From: an uncultured Gemmatimonadales bacterium
GTDB lineage: Bacteria > Gemmatimonadota > Gemmatimonadetes > Longimicrobiales > Longimicrobiaceae
DNA length: 64,000 nt
Direction of reading: 5' to 3'
Assembly (NCBI GenBank): GCA_963716255.1
Contig: OY970303.1
Coordinates: 6,080,001 to 6,144,000, forward strand
The translations under genes were made by a program, and so were the position numbers. Each line of letters begins with the position of its first letter. Positions within the stretch are counted from its first letter, which is position 1. Shown piece by piece: positions 1 through 10,036 of this stretch. Below the pieces are notes generated by a model, which saw only the letters and a list, made by a program, of their open reading frames with translations, was not told where the DNA came from and ran no database searches.

Positions 1-162
1 TTCCAGCGCTCGGAGTTCCTGCTGGAGCACGGGATGCTGGACGCCATCGTGGACCGCCGCGCCATGAAGCGCGAGGTGGCCCGCCTGCTGCGCCACATGC
101 TGGGGCTGCCGGTGCCGGAGGACTACGCCACGGTCCCGTCCGCCAACGGCAACGGGGCGTGA
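1..162 (+). CDS. accD: Acetyl-CoA carboxylase carboxyltransferase beta subunit, 3' fragment
   Basis: Frame 1 reads [20 protein letters not shown], the AccD C-terminal motif. Stop TGA at 160-162 overlaps the folC start, matching accD-folC synteny. Confidence 0.9.
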   Translation, partial: FQRSEFLLEHGMLDAIVDRRAMKREVARLLRHMLGLPVPEDYATVPSANGNGA

Positions 163-1454
163 CCGGGGACGACCCGCTCGCCTGGCTCTACGGCCGGACC
201 ACGGGGGGGATCCGCTGGGGGCTGGAGCGGACGGAGGAGATGCTCGCCGGTGTGGGGGATCCGCACCGGCGCTTTCGTTCCATCCACGTGGGCGGCACCA
301 ACGGCAAGGGCTCGGTGTCGGCGCTCTGCGACTCGGTCCTGCGCGCGGCGGACCCGGGGCGCCGGGTGGGGATGTACACCTCGCCGCACCTGGTGCGCTT
401 CGCGGAGCGTATTCGCGTGGACGGCGAGCCGGTGGACGGCGCGCTCCTCGCGGCGTGCGTGGAGCGCCTCCGGCCGGCGATCGAGGATTCCGGCGCCACC
501 TTCTTCGAGGCGGCGACCGCGGTGGCGTTCCTGTGCTTCGCCGAGGCGGGGGTGGACGTGGCGGTGGTGGAGGTGGGGCTGGGGGGGCGGCTGGACTCCA
601 CCAACGTGGTCGCCCCGCTGGTGGCGGCGGTGACCAACGTGGCGCGGGACCACGTGGAGTTCCTGGGCGACACGGTGGGGGAGATCGCCTGGGAAAAGGC
701 GGGAATCTGGAAGCCGGGGGTCCCCGCGATCACCGGCGAGGCGGACCCCCTGGCGCTGGGGGTACTGGCCGAGCGCGCCCGCGCGGTGGGCGCGCCCTTT
801 GTCGCGCTGGACTTCGTGTCGGCGGTGGAGGACGTCCGCCTCGCCCCGGCGGGGACCGGGTTCCGGTTCCGCTCGGAGGCCTGGGGCGAGCGCGAGGTGC
901 GCATTTCGCTGGTGGGAGCGCACCAGGCGCGCAACGCGGCGCTGGCCGCGGGGCTGCTGGCGCTCCTCCCGCCGGAGCTGCGGCCGGAGTGGGACGCGGT
1001 GGAGCGGGGCTTCGCGGCGGCGCGCTGGCCCGGGCGCTTCCAGGTGGAGGAGATCCGCGGCACCACCTGGGTGCTGGACGTGGCGCACAACCCGGCGGGC
1101 GTCGCCGCGCTCGCCGCGACGCTCGACGCGGTGGCGTTGCCGCGCCCGCTGGTGCTGGTGGCGGGGGTGCTCTCGGACAAGGAGTGGACGGAGATGCTTC
1201 CGCCGCTGCTGGAGCGCGCGGACGCGGCGATCCTGACCATCGCGCCCACCGCCCCGGAGGGACGGCGCTGGGACCCGGAGGCGGTCGCCGCGGGGCTCCC
1301 CCGCGACCTGCGCATCCCGGTGCGGGTGATCCCGGAGCTGGAGACGGCGCTGTCGCGGGCCACGACGCTGGCGCCGTACGGCACCGTCCTGGTGACCGGC
1401 TCGGTGCACACCGTGGGCGACGCGCTGCCGATCCTGGGGCTGCCTTCGCTCTGA
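159..1454 (+). CDS. folC: Folylpolyglutamate synthase / dihydrofolate synthase
   Basis: GTNGKGS P-loop, [24 protein letters not shown] and DVAHN motifs. Confidence 0.95.
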   Translation: MTGDDPLAWLYGRTTGGIRWGLERTEEMLAGVGDPHRRFRSIHVGGTNGKGSVSALCDSVLRAADPGRRVGMYTSPHLVRFAERIRVDGEPVDGALLAACVERLRPAIEDSGATFFEAATAVAFLCFAEAGVDVAVVEVGLGGRLDSTNVVAPLVAAVTNVARDHVEFLGDTVGEIAWEKAGIWKPGVPAITGEADPLALGVLAERARAVGAPFVALDFVSAVEDVRLAPAGTGFRFRSEAWGEREVRISLVGAHQARNAALAAGLLALLPPELRPEWDAVERGFAAARWPGRFQVEEIRGTTWVLDVAHNPAGVAALAATLDAVALPRPLVLVAGVLSDKEWTEMLPPLLERADAAILTIAPTAPEGRRWDPEAVAAGLPRDLRIPVRVIPELETALSRATTLAPYGTVLVTGSVHTVGDALPILGLPSL

Positions 1455-1751
1455 CGCCCGTTCGCTCGGCATTCGCGAGTCCCTCTCCCACCGCCTTGGG
1501 GGAGGGATTCGTGCTCGTGTGCGTCTGGATCGGTGTGCGGCGGTCGGGAGCGGAGCTGGTCTACGGGAAGAGTTAATCCCTTTCCACCGCCGCCGCACCC
1601 CCAACTCTTCCCTCCGACCACCCCCACTCCCTCCCTGGGCGGCATTCGCGTGGGGCAGGGAACCCCTTCGCCGTTCTCCATTTCGCGCGCGGAGTTCGAG
1701 GGGCCGACGGAGGGCGTCGGCTCGGGTCGTGCGTGTGGCTCATTTTCCGTT

Positions 1752-1787
1752 CCGTACTCTCGCACTTCCGCACTTTCGCACTCGCCG
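1752..1787. repeat. Imperfect 8-bp tandem repeat (CGCACTTT-like, about 4 units)
   Basis: cgtactct-cgcacttc-cgcacttt-cgcactcg. The same repeat type occurs at 58918-58966. Confidence 0.7.
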
Positions 1788-1809
1788 TCCCCGGTCTACA
1801 TTCCGCGCC

Positions 1810-3093
1810 ATGTCTACCTTCGCCGCACTGCCCGGTTTCCGGGACTTCTACCCCGACGAGTTCGCCGTCCGCGCCCACATCGTCCACGCGTGGCGCGAGG
1901 TCGCGCGGCGCTACGGCTTCCAGGAGTACGACGGGCCTCCGCTGGAGCCGCTGGAGCTGTACGTGGAGAAGTCCGGGCCCGAGATCGTACAGCAGCTCTA
2001 CAACTTCACCGACAAGGGCGGGCGCGAGGTGTCGCTCCGCCCCGAGATGACGCCCACCCTGGCCCGCATGGTGGGGGCGCGCATCGGCGGGATGCGGAAG
2101 CCCGTGAAGTGGTTCTCCATCCCGCAGCTCTTCCGCTACGAGCGGCAGCAGCGTGGGCGGCTGCGCGAGCACTTCCAGCTCAACCTGGACGTCATCGGCG
2201 AGGAGGACGTGCTCGCCGACGCGGAGCTGCTGGCCGCGGCCATCGACATGCTGCGGATGCTGGGGCTGACCGCCGGGGACTTCGTCGCGCGGGTCTCGGA
2301 CCGGCGGCTGCTGCGCGCGCTCCTGCTGGACGCGGGGGTGCCGGAGGACCAGCTCGTCCTCGTCTACAACATCGTGGACAAGCTGGAGCGGGAGACGCGC
2401 GAGGCGCTGTCCGCCCGGCTGTCCGCCGAGGCGGGGCTGGGCGCGGAGACCATCGACGGGATCTTCGCCATCTTCCGGCACACGGACTTCGCCGGGGTGA
2501 GGGAGGCGTACGGGTCGCGCGAGACTGTGGCGCCGGAGATCGAGCGCAGCGCGCAGCTGTTCGCCCACCTGGAGGCGATGGGCCTGGGCGACTTCGTCCG
2601 CTTCGACCTGACCATCGTGCGTGGGCTGGCCTACTACACGGGGACCGTGTTCGAGCTGTTCGACGTGCGCGGCGAGCTGCGCGCCATCTGCGGCGGCGGG
2701 CGCTACGACGACCTCCTCAAACGCGTGGGCGGCGTGGACGTGCCCGCGCTGGGCTTCGGCATGGGCGACGTGGTGCTCACCGAGCTGCTGCGCGACCGCG
2801 GGCTCCTGCCCGACACCGCACACTCGCTGGACTACTACCTCGTCGCGGTGGGGCCGGAGCAGCGCCCCGCGGCCCTGTCGCTGGCGCACAGGCTGCGCGA
2901 TGCCGGGCACTCGGTGGAGTACGGCTTCAAGGCACAGGGGGTGGGCAAGCAGTTCAAGAACGCCTCGGCGCTGGGCGCCCGGCGGGTGGTGGTGCTGGGC
3001 CCCGACGAGGTGGCCGAGGGCGTGGCGGCGGTCAGGGACATGGCGAGCGGGGAGGAGGTCCGGGTCCCCATCGAGGAGCTGGCACGACCGTGA
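1810..3093 (+). CDS. hisS: Histidine--tRNA ligase
   Basis: PGFRDFYP, LRPEMT, FRYERQQRGRLREH, RGLAYYTG and GGGRYD motifs. ATG at 1810. Confidence 0.96.
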   Translation: MSTFAALPGFRDFYPDEFAVRAHIVHAWREVARRYGFQEYDGPPLEPLELYVEKSGPEIVQQLYNFTDKGGREVSLRPEMTPTLARMVGARIGGMRKPVKWFSIPQLFRYERQQRGRLREHFQLNLDVIGEEDVLADAELLAAAIDMLRMLGLTAGDFVARVSDRRLLRALLLDAGVPEDQLVLVYNIVDKLERETREALSARLSAEAGLGAETIDGIFAIFRHTDFAGVREAYGSRETVAPEIERSAQLFAHLEAMGLGDFVRFDLTIVRGLAYYTGTVFELFDVRGELRAICGGGRYDDLLKRVGGVDVPALGFGMGDVVLTELLRDRGLLPDTAHSLDYYLVAVGPEQRPAALSLAHRLRDAGHSVEYGFKAQGVGKQFKNASALGARRVVVLGPDEVAEGVAAVRDMASGEEVRVPIEELARP

Positions 3094-3200
3094 CGCCCGC
3101 GCCGGCCCCCACGCGGCGGCCCGGCGCGGGCGACGTGCACGGACAGGACCCGCATCCCACGGGACAACGAACCGGACCTCTTTCTTTTTTGGATATCGAA

Positions 3201-4697
3201 ATGGCGAACGACAAGGCACTCACCACGCGCGCCGACGACTTCAGCGCCTGGTACAACGAGATCGTGCTCCGCGCGGAGCTGGCGGACTACTCGCCCGTGC
3301 GCGGCTGCATGGTCATCCGCCCCTACGGCTACCGGCTGTGGGAGCTGATGCGCGACCGGCTGGACACCCGCTTCCGGGAGACGGGGCACCAGAACGCCTA
3401 CTTCCCCCTCTTCATCCCCCAGTCGTTCCTGGCCCGCGAGGCCGAGCACGTGGAGGGGTTCGCCAAGGAGGCGGCCATCGTCACCCACACCCGCCTCAAG
3501 GCGGTGGAGGGCGGCGGGCTGATCCCCGACCCCGACAGCAAGCTGGAGGAGCCGCTGATCGTGCGCCCCACCTCGGAGACCATCATCTACGAGATGTTCT
3601 CCAAGTGGGTGCAGAGCTACCGCGACCTGCCGCTGCTCTACAACCAGTGGGCCAACGTGGTCCGCTGGGAGATGCGCACCCGCCTCTTCCTGCGCACCAC
3701 CGAGTTCCTGTGGCAGGAGGGGCACACCGCCCACGTCAGCGAGGAGGAGGCGGAGGAAGAGTCGCTGCGCATGCTGGGCGTGTACCGCGAGTTCATGGAA
3801 GAGTGGCTGGCGATGCCCGTGGTGACGGGGCGCAAGTCGGAGTCGGAGAAGTTCGCCGGGGCGCTGCGCACCTACACGTGCGAGGCGATGATGCAGGACA
3901 ACCGGGCGCTCCAGAACGGCACCTCGCACAACCTGGGGCAGAACTTCGCGCGCCAGTTCGAGCTCAAGTTCGCCAGCGAGGCGGGGACAGAGGAGTACGC
4001 CTGGAACACCAGCTGGGGCGTGTCCACACGCATGGTGGGCGGTCTGGTGATGACGCACGGCGACGACCAGGGGCTGGTGATGCCCCCCCAGGTGGCGCCC
4101 GTCCAGGTGGTGGTGGTCCCCATCTACCGCAAGGCCGAGGAGCGCGACCTGGTGCTGGGCAAGGCGCGCGAGATCGTCGCGGCGCTGGACGGCATCCGCA
4201 CGCACCTGGACGACCGCGACAACCTGACGCCCGGCGCCAAGTTCTACGAGTGGGAGACAAAGGGCGTCCCCTTCCGCATCGAGGTGGGGCCCAAGGACAT
4301 CGCCAAGCAGCAGGTGGTGCTGGCGCGGCGCGTGGTCGGCGAGGGCGAGGAGCGCAAGCAGTTCCTCCCCGAGGCGGAGGTGCTCGGCTCCATGCGGCGG
4401 CGGCTGGACGAGTTCCAGGCGTTCCTGCTGGAGCGGGCCCGGGCGCGGCGCGAAGCCAACTCGTACCGGGACGTCGCGGACTACGCGCGGTTCCGGGAGA
4501 TCCTGGACGGCGAGGGCGGGTTCGTGTACACCGGGTGGTGCGGGTCGGCCGGGTGCGAGGCGCGCGTCAAGGACGAGACCAAGGCCACCATCCGCTGCCT
4601 GCCGTTCGAGGAGTTCCAATCGTCTCCGGCGCCCGCGGCGTGCGTGGTGTGCGGCGGCGAGTCCGTGGTCGAGGCGGTCTGGGCGAAGGCCTACTGA
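3201..4697 (+). CDS. proS: Proline--tRNA ligase (archaeal/eukaryote-like type)
   Basis: VRGCMVIRPYG, RPTSET, WEMRTRLFLRTTEFLWQEGHT, a C-terminal Cys cluster and the AKAY terminus. Confidence 0.96.
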   Translation: MANDKALTTRADDFSAWYNEIVLRAELADYSPVRGCMVIRPYGYRLWELMRDRLDTRFRETGHQNAYFPLFIPQSFLAREAEHVEGFAKEAAIVTHTRLKAVEGGGLIPDPDSKLEEPLIVRPTSETIIYEMFSKWVQSYRDLPLLYNQWANVVRWEMRTRLFLRTTEFLWQEGHTAHVSEEEAEEESLRMLGVYREFMEEWLAMPVVTGRKSESEKFAGALRTYTCEAMMQDNRALQNGTSHNLGQNFARQFELKFASEAGTEEYAWNTSWGVSTRMVGGLVMTHGDDQGLVMPPQVAPVQVVVVPIYRKAEERDLVLGKAREIVAALDGIRTHLDDRDNLTPGAKFYEWETKGVPFRIEVGPKDIAKQQVVLARRVVGEGEERKQFLPEAEVLGSMRRRLDEFQAFLLERARARREANSYRDVADYARFREILDGEGGFVYTGWCGSAGCEARVKDETKATIRCLPFEEFQSSPAPAACVVCGGESVVEAVWAKAY

Positions 4698-4707
4698 TGT
4701 GAACAGC

Positions 4708-4843
4708 GGGTTCGGGCGTGCCCCCGGCTGGCGCCGGGGTCGGGCTTCGGCTCCGTAACGCAGCAAACAACGCTGCGTAACGGAGTCGAGCCCGCGCAAA
4801 CAGCCGCGCGGTCTCGCCCCTTCGGGCCGAAATCCCTCACGCG
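4708..4843 (+). repeat. Structured dispersed element family A, copy 1
   Basis: GGGTTCGGGCGTG...CTCCGTA-acgcagc-AAACAAC-gctgcgt-AACGGAG...GAAATCCCTCACGCG, 10 nt after the proS stop. Confidence 0.92.
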
Positions 4844-4871
4844 GGGCTGGTGCTGGCGTCCGCGAGGGCGG

Positions 4872-5090
4872 ACCCCCTCACCCCCCGGCCCCCTCTCCCC
4901 CGCGAGCGGGGGAAAGGGGGAGCACGACACGTCGGAGGCCGAGGGTCAGGAAGCCCTCCCCCAGAATTGGGGGAGGGTGGCGAGCCTCAAGCGAGCCGGG
5001 TGGGGGCACCCGTGGACGTAGCTCGTCGCCGCTTCACGCACGAGAAAATCCCCTCTCCCGCTTGCGGGGGAGGGGTTTGGGGAGGGGGCC
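4872..5090. repeat. Cluster of REP-like CCCTC(T)CCC...GGGAGAGGG palindromes (family C)
   Basis: Three GC-rich hairpins. 4843-5008 closely resembles 16042-16195. Confidence 0.8.
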
Positions 5091-5154
5091 TTCGGGGGCG
5101 TCCGCGCGAAGCGGACGCCCCTTGTATTTCAGGCCGCGGCGATCGGGCCGCGAA

Positions 5155-5925
5155 TCAGAACTGAAGCACCCAGCGCGTGTTCGCGGGGGGCGGCGGGGCG
5201 GGGTCGTCCTGCTTGGGACCGATCGCGAGGATTCCCAGGGACTGCGCCAGCGAGGGCGTGCGGCCGGGCGCGAGGCCGCCGGGCGTCGGGGAGCCGGCGG
5301 CGCGCTGGAGCATCCAGTCGAGCGCTCCGCGCTGCGCCTCCGGCAGGGTGGTGCTGAGTGCCGTCAGGCGCGCCACCAGAGCGCCCTGCGGCGAGCGCGG
5401 GTCGTCCTGCTTGGGGCCGATCGCCAGGATGCTCGTGGGGCGTGGCGTGCCGGGATCGTCCTGCTTGGGGCCGATGGCGACGGTGCCGTTGCCCGGCCGC
5501 GGTGCGCCGGGGTCGTCCTGCTTGGGCCCGATGGCCACGGCGCCGTTCCCCGGGCGGGGTGCGTTGGGGTCGGTCGGGCGCGGGTTGACGGTTCCCGCGG
5601 CGGCGCGTCCGCCCTGCACGACGATGGCGGTCCGGCCGCCCTGGACGACGATGCTCCTCCCGCCGGGCGAGTAGAAGATGGGGCGGACCGTCGTGCCCGC
5701 CGGGTTGTCGGCGGGGGCGGCGGCGGCGCGGCGCATCAGGTCCGCGAGGAGCTGCCGCTGCTCGGGCGGCAGGGTGGCGGAGAGAGAGTCCAGGCGGGTC
5801 TCCAGCCCGCGCACGGCGGCGGCGTCCACCACCACCTGGCCGCGCTGGGCCGGCGCGGCCGCGGCGGTGGCGGCGAGCGCGAGAGCGGGGAGCACCGCGG
5901 CGAGGGTTCGTCTCGGCAGGCGCAT
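5155..5925 (-). CDS. Secreted repeat protein with 4x AIGPKQDDP, 2x IVVQGGR and a duplicated helical segment
   Basis: GGAGG RBS upstream, Ala-rich signal peptide, and exact peptide repeats encoded with synonymous codon variation. Confidence 0.8.
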   Translation of the reverse strand: MRLPRRTLAAVLPALALAATAAAAPAQRGQVVVDAAAVRGLETRLDSLSATLPPEQRQLLADLMRRAAAAPADNPAGTTVRPIFYSPGGRSIVVQGGRTAIVVQGGRAAAGTVNPRPTDPNAPRPGNGAVAIGPKQDDPGAPRPGNGTVAIGPKQDDPGTPRPTSILAIGPKQDDPRSPQGALVARLTALSTTLPEAQRGALDWMLQRAAGSPTPGGLAPGRTPSLAQSLGILAIGPKQDDPAPPPPANTRWVLQF

Positions 5926-6041
5926 GGGGGACCTCCAGGGCGGAAGCGGGGAAAAGGGGCGCGGACACTGGCCCCACGGGCGGCGAAGTGCTTATCTTCA
6001 CGGGCGATCCGGCCCGTCCAAAATACGCACCCGGCCACGGC

Positions 6042-7321
6042 ATGGAAACACTTTCCGCTCCCCCGCAGTCGCGTACCGAGGCGTTTCCGCGCCGGAACGG
6101 GGTCCTGTTCTGCGAGGACGTCTCCATCCCGGAGCTGGTCGCCCGCTGGGGCACCCCCCTGTACGTGTACTCCCGGTCCGCCATCCGGGAGCGCTTCCGC
6201 GAGCTGGACCAGGCGCTGGCGCCGGTGCCCCACCTGATCGCCTACTCCGTCAAGGCAAACGGCAACCTGGCGGTGCTGCGCACGCTGGCGGAGATGGGCG
6301 CGGGCGCGGACATCGTTTCGGCGGGGGAGCTTCACCGGGCGCGGCTGGCCGGCATCCCCGGCGAGCGCATCCTGTTCAGCGGGGTGGGGAAGACGGTGCG
6401 CGAGCTGGCGGCGGCGCTGGACGCGGGGATCTACGCCTTCAACGTGGAGTCCGAGGGGGAGCTGTGCGCCCTCTCCGAGCTGGCGAAGGCGACGGGGCGG
6501 CGCGCGCCGGTGGCGCTGCGCGTGAACCCCGACATCGAGTCGCCCACGCCGCACGCGTACACGCGCACCGGGCACGCGGCCACCAAGTTCGGCATCGCCG
6601 CCGAGCGGGCGCGCGACCTGTACTGCGTCGCGGCAAAGCTCCCCGGCGTCTGGGTGCGCGGGGTGGACGTGCACATCGGCTCGCAGATCCTGGAGGTGGA
6701 GCCGTACCGTCGCGCCCTCCAGCACGTGCTGGACCTGGCGCACTCGCTCAAGCAGGAGGGGCTGCCGCTGGAGTTCGTGGACCTGGGGGGCGGCTTCGGG
6801 ATCTCGTACACGGGCGAGGAGGGGATCTCCCCGGCCGAGTTCGCGCAGGTGGTGGTCCCCGAGCTGCTGGAGTCGGGGCTGCGGCTGGTGGTGGAGCCGG
6901 GGCGCTTCCTCGTGGGGCACGCCGGAACGCTGGTGACGCGTGTCCTGTACGTGAAGGAGGGGGGGGAAAGCGCTTCTTCATCACCGACGCCGGGATGAAC
7001 GACCTCCTCCGCCCCAGCCATTACGCCGGGTGGCACGCGGTGGACGCGGTGCAGCTCCACGGCCGCGCCCCCGTCCGCGGCGACGTGGTGGGCCCCATCT
7101 GCGAGACCGGCGATTTCCTCGCGCTGGACCGCGAGATGGAGCGCCCCGAGCCCGGGGAGCTGCTGGCCATCCGCACCGTGGGGGCGTACGGCTTCTCCAT
7201 GAGCAGCACCTACAACCAGCGGCCGCGCCCCGCGGAGGTGATCGTGGAGGGCTCGGAGGCGAGGCTGGCCCGGCGCCGGGAGACGCTGGACGACCTCGTC
7301 GCTGCCGAGATGGGGCTGTAG
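6042..7321 (+). CDS. lysA: Diaminopimelate decarboxylase, frameshifted at a G8 run (6959-6966)
   Basis: YSVKAN (PLP lysine), HIGSQ and EPGR lie in one frame. DAGMNDLLRP, GPICETGD and GAYG...YN lie in the -1 frame after 6966. Confidence 0.9.
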
Positions 7322-7340
7322 CACAGCGGACTGGACCGCA

Positions 7341-7480
7341 GGGTTCGGGCGTGCCCCCGGCTGGCGCCGGGGTCGGGCTTCGGCTCCGTAACGCACGAAA
7401 CAACCGTGCGTAACGGAGTCGAACCCCGGCGGAAACAGCCCCGCCGGGTCTCGCCCCTCCGGGCCGAAATCCCTCACGCG
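7341..7480 (+). repeat. Family A element, copy 2
   Basis: Same scaffold; stem acgcacg/cgtgcgt; the UUCG loop is changed to UCCG. Confidence 0.92.
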
Positions 7481-7551
7481 GGGCCCGTGCTGGCGTCCTC
7501 GGGAGAACTTCCTTTCCCGAATACAGGGGTGGCGGTCCGGTCGGTGACAAG

Positions 7552-7591
7552 CGCGGCGGGGCGGATCCTATCGGATCCGCCCCGCCGCCGT
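7552..7591. terminator. Long GC-rich hairpin between convergent lysA and the PIN toxin gene
   Basis: cggcggggcggatcc-tatc-ggatccgccccgccg inverted repeat. Confidence 0.6.
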
Positions 7592-7596
7592 TCTGA

Positions 7597-8025
7597 TCAG
7601 CCGCTGTTGTCCTCGTCCGATGCGGGAAGGAGCGGCCGTCCGGCGAGGAAGTCCGCCGGCTTCTGCACGAGCACTCCTCCGATCCGTCGTCCAAAGTACT
7701 TCCCGAAGTGCATCACGTCGCCGGTGACCAGGTGCGACGCGCCGGCGCGCATGGCGGCGATGAGGATCGGGCGGTCCTTGGGGGGGAGCTCCACGTCCGG
7801 CGGGAGCGGGAGGTCGGCGGCATCCTCCACCACCCGCACCAGGGCGAGGAGGAACCGGAGCCGGTGCCTCTGGTCCGCCTCCCGCAGGTTCGAGCGGGCC
7901 TCCTCTGCCGCATAGGCGGAGGTCACCAGCTCCACCTCCGCCAGCTCCCAGAACCTCCGCAGCCCCGCCCCCTGCCTGTACGCGGCCGAGAACAGGACGT
8001 TCGCGTCGAGAAAGGCGACGTCCAC
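7597..8025 (-). CDS. PIN-domain toxin (VapC-like)
   Basis: FLDANVLFSAA, KDRPIL and LVTGD acidic PIN motifs; directly downstream of an AbrB-fold gene. Confidence 0.88.
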   Translation of the reverse strand: MDVAFLDANVLFSAAYRQGAGLRRFWELAEVELVTSAYAAEEARSNLREADQRHRLRFLLALVRVVEDAADLPLPPDVELPPKDRPILIAAMRAGASHLVTGDVMHFGKYFGRRIGGVLVQKPADFLAGRPLLPASDEDNSG

Positions 8026-8027
8026 GC

Positions 8028-8327
8028 TCAGTCGCCGGGCGGCGGCTCGTGCGGGACGGTGTCGGGATCGAGACCCATCTTCCTCACTTCCCGCACGGCC
8101 CAGCGGTACTCCGCGATGTCGGCCGCGTTGGTGAGCAGGAACTCGGCTTTTCGGGCGGGAGTGTAGGTCTCCACCGGGAGCACCACGGCGGGACGGATCA
8201 GGATCCCGTCCTCACGCTCCTCCATCAGCACCGTGGTCCCCTCCTCGATCCCGAAGCGCCGCCGCAGCGCCGCCGGGAGCACGATCGTCCCCCGCTTTCC
8301 GACCCGGATGGGCTCCGCACGCGCCAC
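8028..8327 (-). CDS. AbrB/MazE/SpoVT-family antitoxin
   Basis: VGKRGTIVLPAALRRRFGIEEG swapped-hairpin motif; GGAGG RBS before the GTG start. Confidence 0.88.
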   Translation of the reverse strand: MARAEPIRVGKRGTIVLPAALRRRFGIEEGTTVLMEEREDGILIRPAVVLPVETYTPARKAEFLLTNAADIAEYRWAVREVRKMGLDPDTVPHEPPPGD

Positions 8328-8340
8328 TCGCTCCTCCTGG

Positions 8341-8366
8341 TTGATGTCTGAATTTCAGAATATCAA
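8341..8366. promoter_or_regulatory. Palindromic operator upstream of the toxin-antitoxin operon
   Basis: TTGATGTCTGAA-T-TTCAGAATATCAA, an AT-rich near-palindrome just upstream of the antitoxin RBS. Confidence 0.6.
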
Positions 8367-8409
8367 CGCAACGCCCGTACGGCAAGGATGCCGTGCCCGG
8401 GGACGCGGG

Positions 8410-9732
8410 TCACTCGGAGCCGACGGCCGGCGCCCTTTCCTGCGACACCCGAGCCCGTGCTTCGGCGGCGCCTTCGCGGTCGAAGCGGTCCACCATGTTC
8501 ACCAGCCGCTGCGGCGGATCGAAGCGCTGCGCGCGCGGCGCCGTCTCGCGCTCCAGCCCCGCGGCGATGGCGTCGTACCTGGACGCCGCGTTCCAGAAGA
8601 TCCAGTCCTCCAGCCCCAGCTCGTACACCGCGCGCTTCTGGGCGCGGGCCTCCGCCGGGCCGTAGCGGTGCCCCATGCTGAACCCCTGGATCCAGGGGAC
8701 GATTCGCGCCGGCCGCCGCCCCGCTGCCTGCAGGCGCTGGTTGCGGATCACCCCCATCCCCACCGAAGTGAGCACCGTCTCGTAGGGGAGCTGGTTTGGC
8801 GTGCGGATCCCCGGCAGGTGCGTGGGGAAGTAGTGCGACGGATAGACCATGGGCAGCAGGTGGTCGGCGATCCCCGAGAGCGTTTCCCACTGCTGCCCGA
8901 TCCCCACGTCCGCCGCCTCGTTCATGGACAGCCCGAAGAGGTCCGCCGTGACCGTGACGCCCAGCGGGTGCAGCCGGCGGCGCGCCTCCGCCAGGAAGCC
9001 TGCGATTGCCTCCTCGCGCTCCCCGCGCTCGCGGGCGTGCACCTGCCTGGGCAGAGTACGGTACGCCTCCGGGAAGCGCACGTAGTCGAACTGGATCTCG
9101 CGGAAGCCGGCGCGCGCCGCCTCCTCCGCCACCCGGATGTTGTAGTCCCACACCCGCTCGTCCCACGGGCTCATCCAGCGGTTCCCCGCCTTGTCCGTCC
9201 ACAGCTTTCCCTCGGGCGTGCGGATCGCCCACTCCGGCCGCGCCGGGGCCAGGTAGCGGTCCTTGAACACCACCACCCGGGCAATGGGGTGGATGCCGTG
9301 CGCCCGCAGCGTGTCCACCAGCGTCTTCAGGTCGCGCAGCGGGATGGTTCCCTGCGACACCTCGCGCGCCAGCGGGTCGCGGCTCACGTAGCGGATGCCG
9401 TCGTCGTCCTTGACGTCCACCACGAAGGCGTTGACCTCCGTGCTGTCGGCCAGGGCGAGCAGCTTCGCCCGCTTCTCGGGCGAGCCGGCCGCGTACGAGC
9501 TCACGTACACGCCGCGGATGATGGGCGGCGCGAGGTCGCGCGGGGCGGGCGCGGGCGCGCGGGCGGGCGGCCGGGGCGCCGGCTGCGCCGCGGCCTCCTC
9601 CGCGAGGAAGGAGCTGGACGTCCGCGCGAGGGCGCCGCGGCGGTCGAGGTGGTCGGTGGACTCCGCGCAGGCGGAGAGGAGACATGCGGCCGCGAGCAGC
9701 GGCACCGCGTGAGAGGGCAGCACACCACGCAT
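8410..9732 (-). CDS. Putative glycoside hydrolase lipoprotein (DUF4015-like)
   Basis: Lipobox-like [40 protein letters not shown] and PWIQGF motifs. Confidence 0.8.
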   Translation of the reverse strand: MRGVLPSHAVPLLAAACLLSACAESTDHLDRRGALARTSSSFLAEEAAAQPAPRPPARAPAPAPRDLAPPIIRGVYVSSYAAGSPEKRAKLLALADSTEVNAFVVDVKDDDGIRYVSRDPLAREVSQGTIPLRDLKTLVDTLRAHGIHPIARVVVFKDRYLAPARPEWAIRTPEGKLWTDKAGNRWMSPWDERVWDYNIRVAEEAARAGFREIQFDYVRFPEAYRTLPRQVHARERGEREEAIAGFLAEARRRLHPLGVTVTADLFGLSMNEAADVGIGQQWETLSGIADHLLPMVYPSHYFPTHLPGIRTPNQLPYETVLTSVGMGVIRNQRLQAAGRRPARIVPWIQGFSMGHRYGPAEARAQKRAVYELGLEDWIFWNAASRYDAIAAGLERETAPRAQRFDPPQRLVNMVDRFDREGAAEARARVSQERAPAVGSE

Positions 9733-10036
9733 ACAGCAGGTACCTCGGAACGGCGGGGGAAGACCGGGGAAAGCGGCCGTGCGGGCCGGCGCTCGGAGGC
9801 GTGCCGTGGACCGCGAGGCGGGGCTCGGCGGTCACCGCCGAGTGGGCGGCGGCGGGCATGCGGAGGACGTCACCGGCGCCCACGGATGTTTCCGTTGCGC
9901 GGAAAAATGCCGGACGCGAAAATGGTGCCGCGGGGAGCAGCCCCGCGGCCGGGCGATGGTCGCTTTCCCCGTCCCCGCCGCCGCCCTATCTTACCCGCTC
10001 CGAGACCCTGCCATTTCAGACGGAGACGCGGCCGAC

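Noticed and set aside
1455..1809. His attenuator upstream of hisS
   Set aside because: No His-codon run or convincing terminator; the region holds degenerate palindromes and the octamer repeat.
4708..4843. Family A as a tRNA, T-box or hammerhead ribozyme
   Set aside because: No T-loop, anticodon or CCA layout; no T-box GGTGGxACC motif, and copies lie downstream of genes; no CUGANGA core before the GAAA. Other ribozyme classes were not formally excluded.
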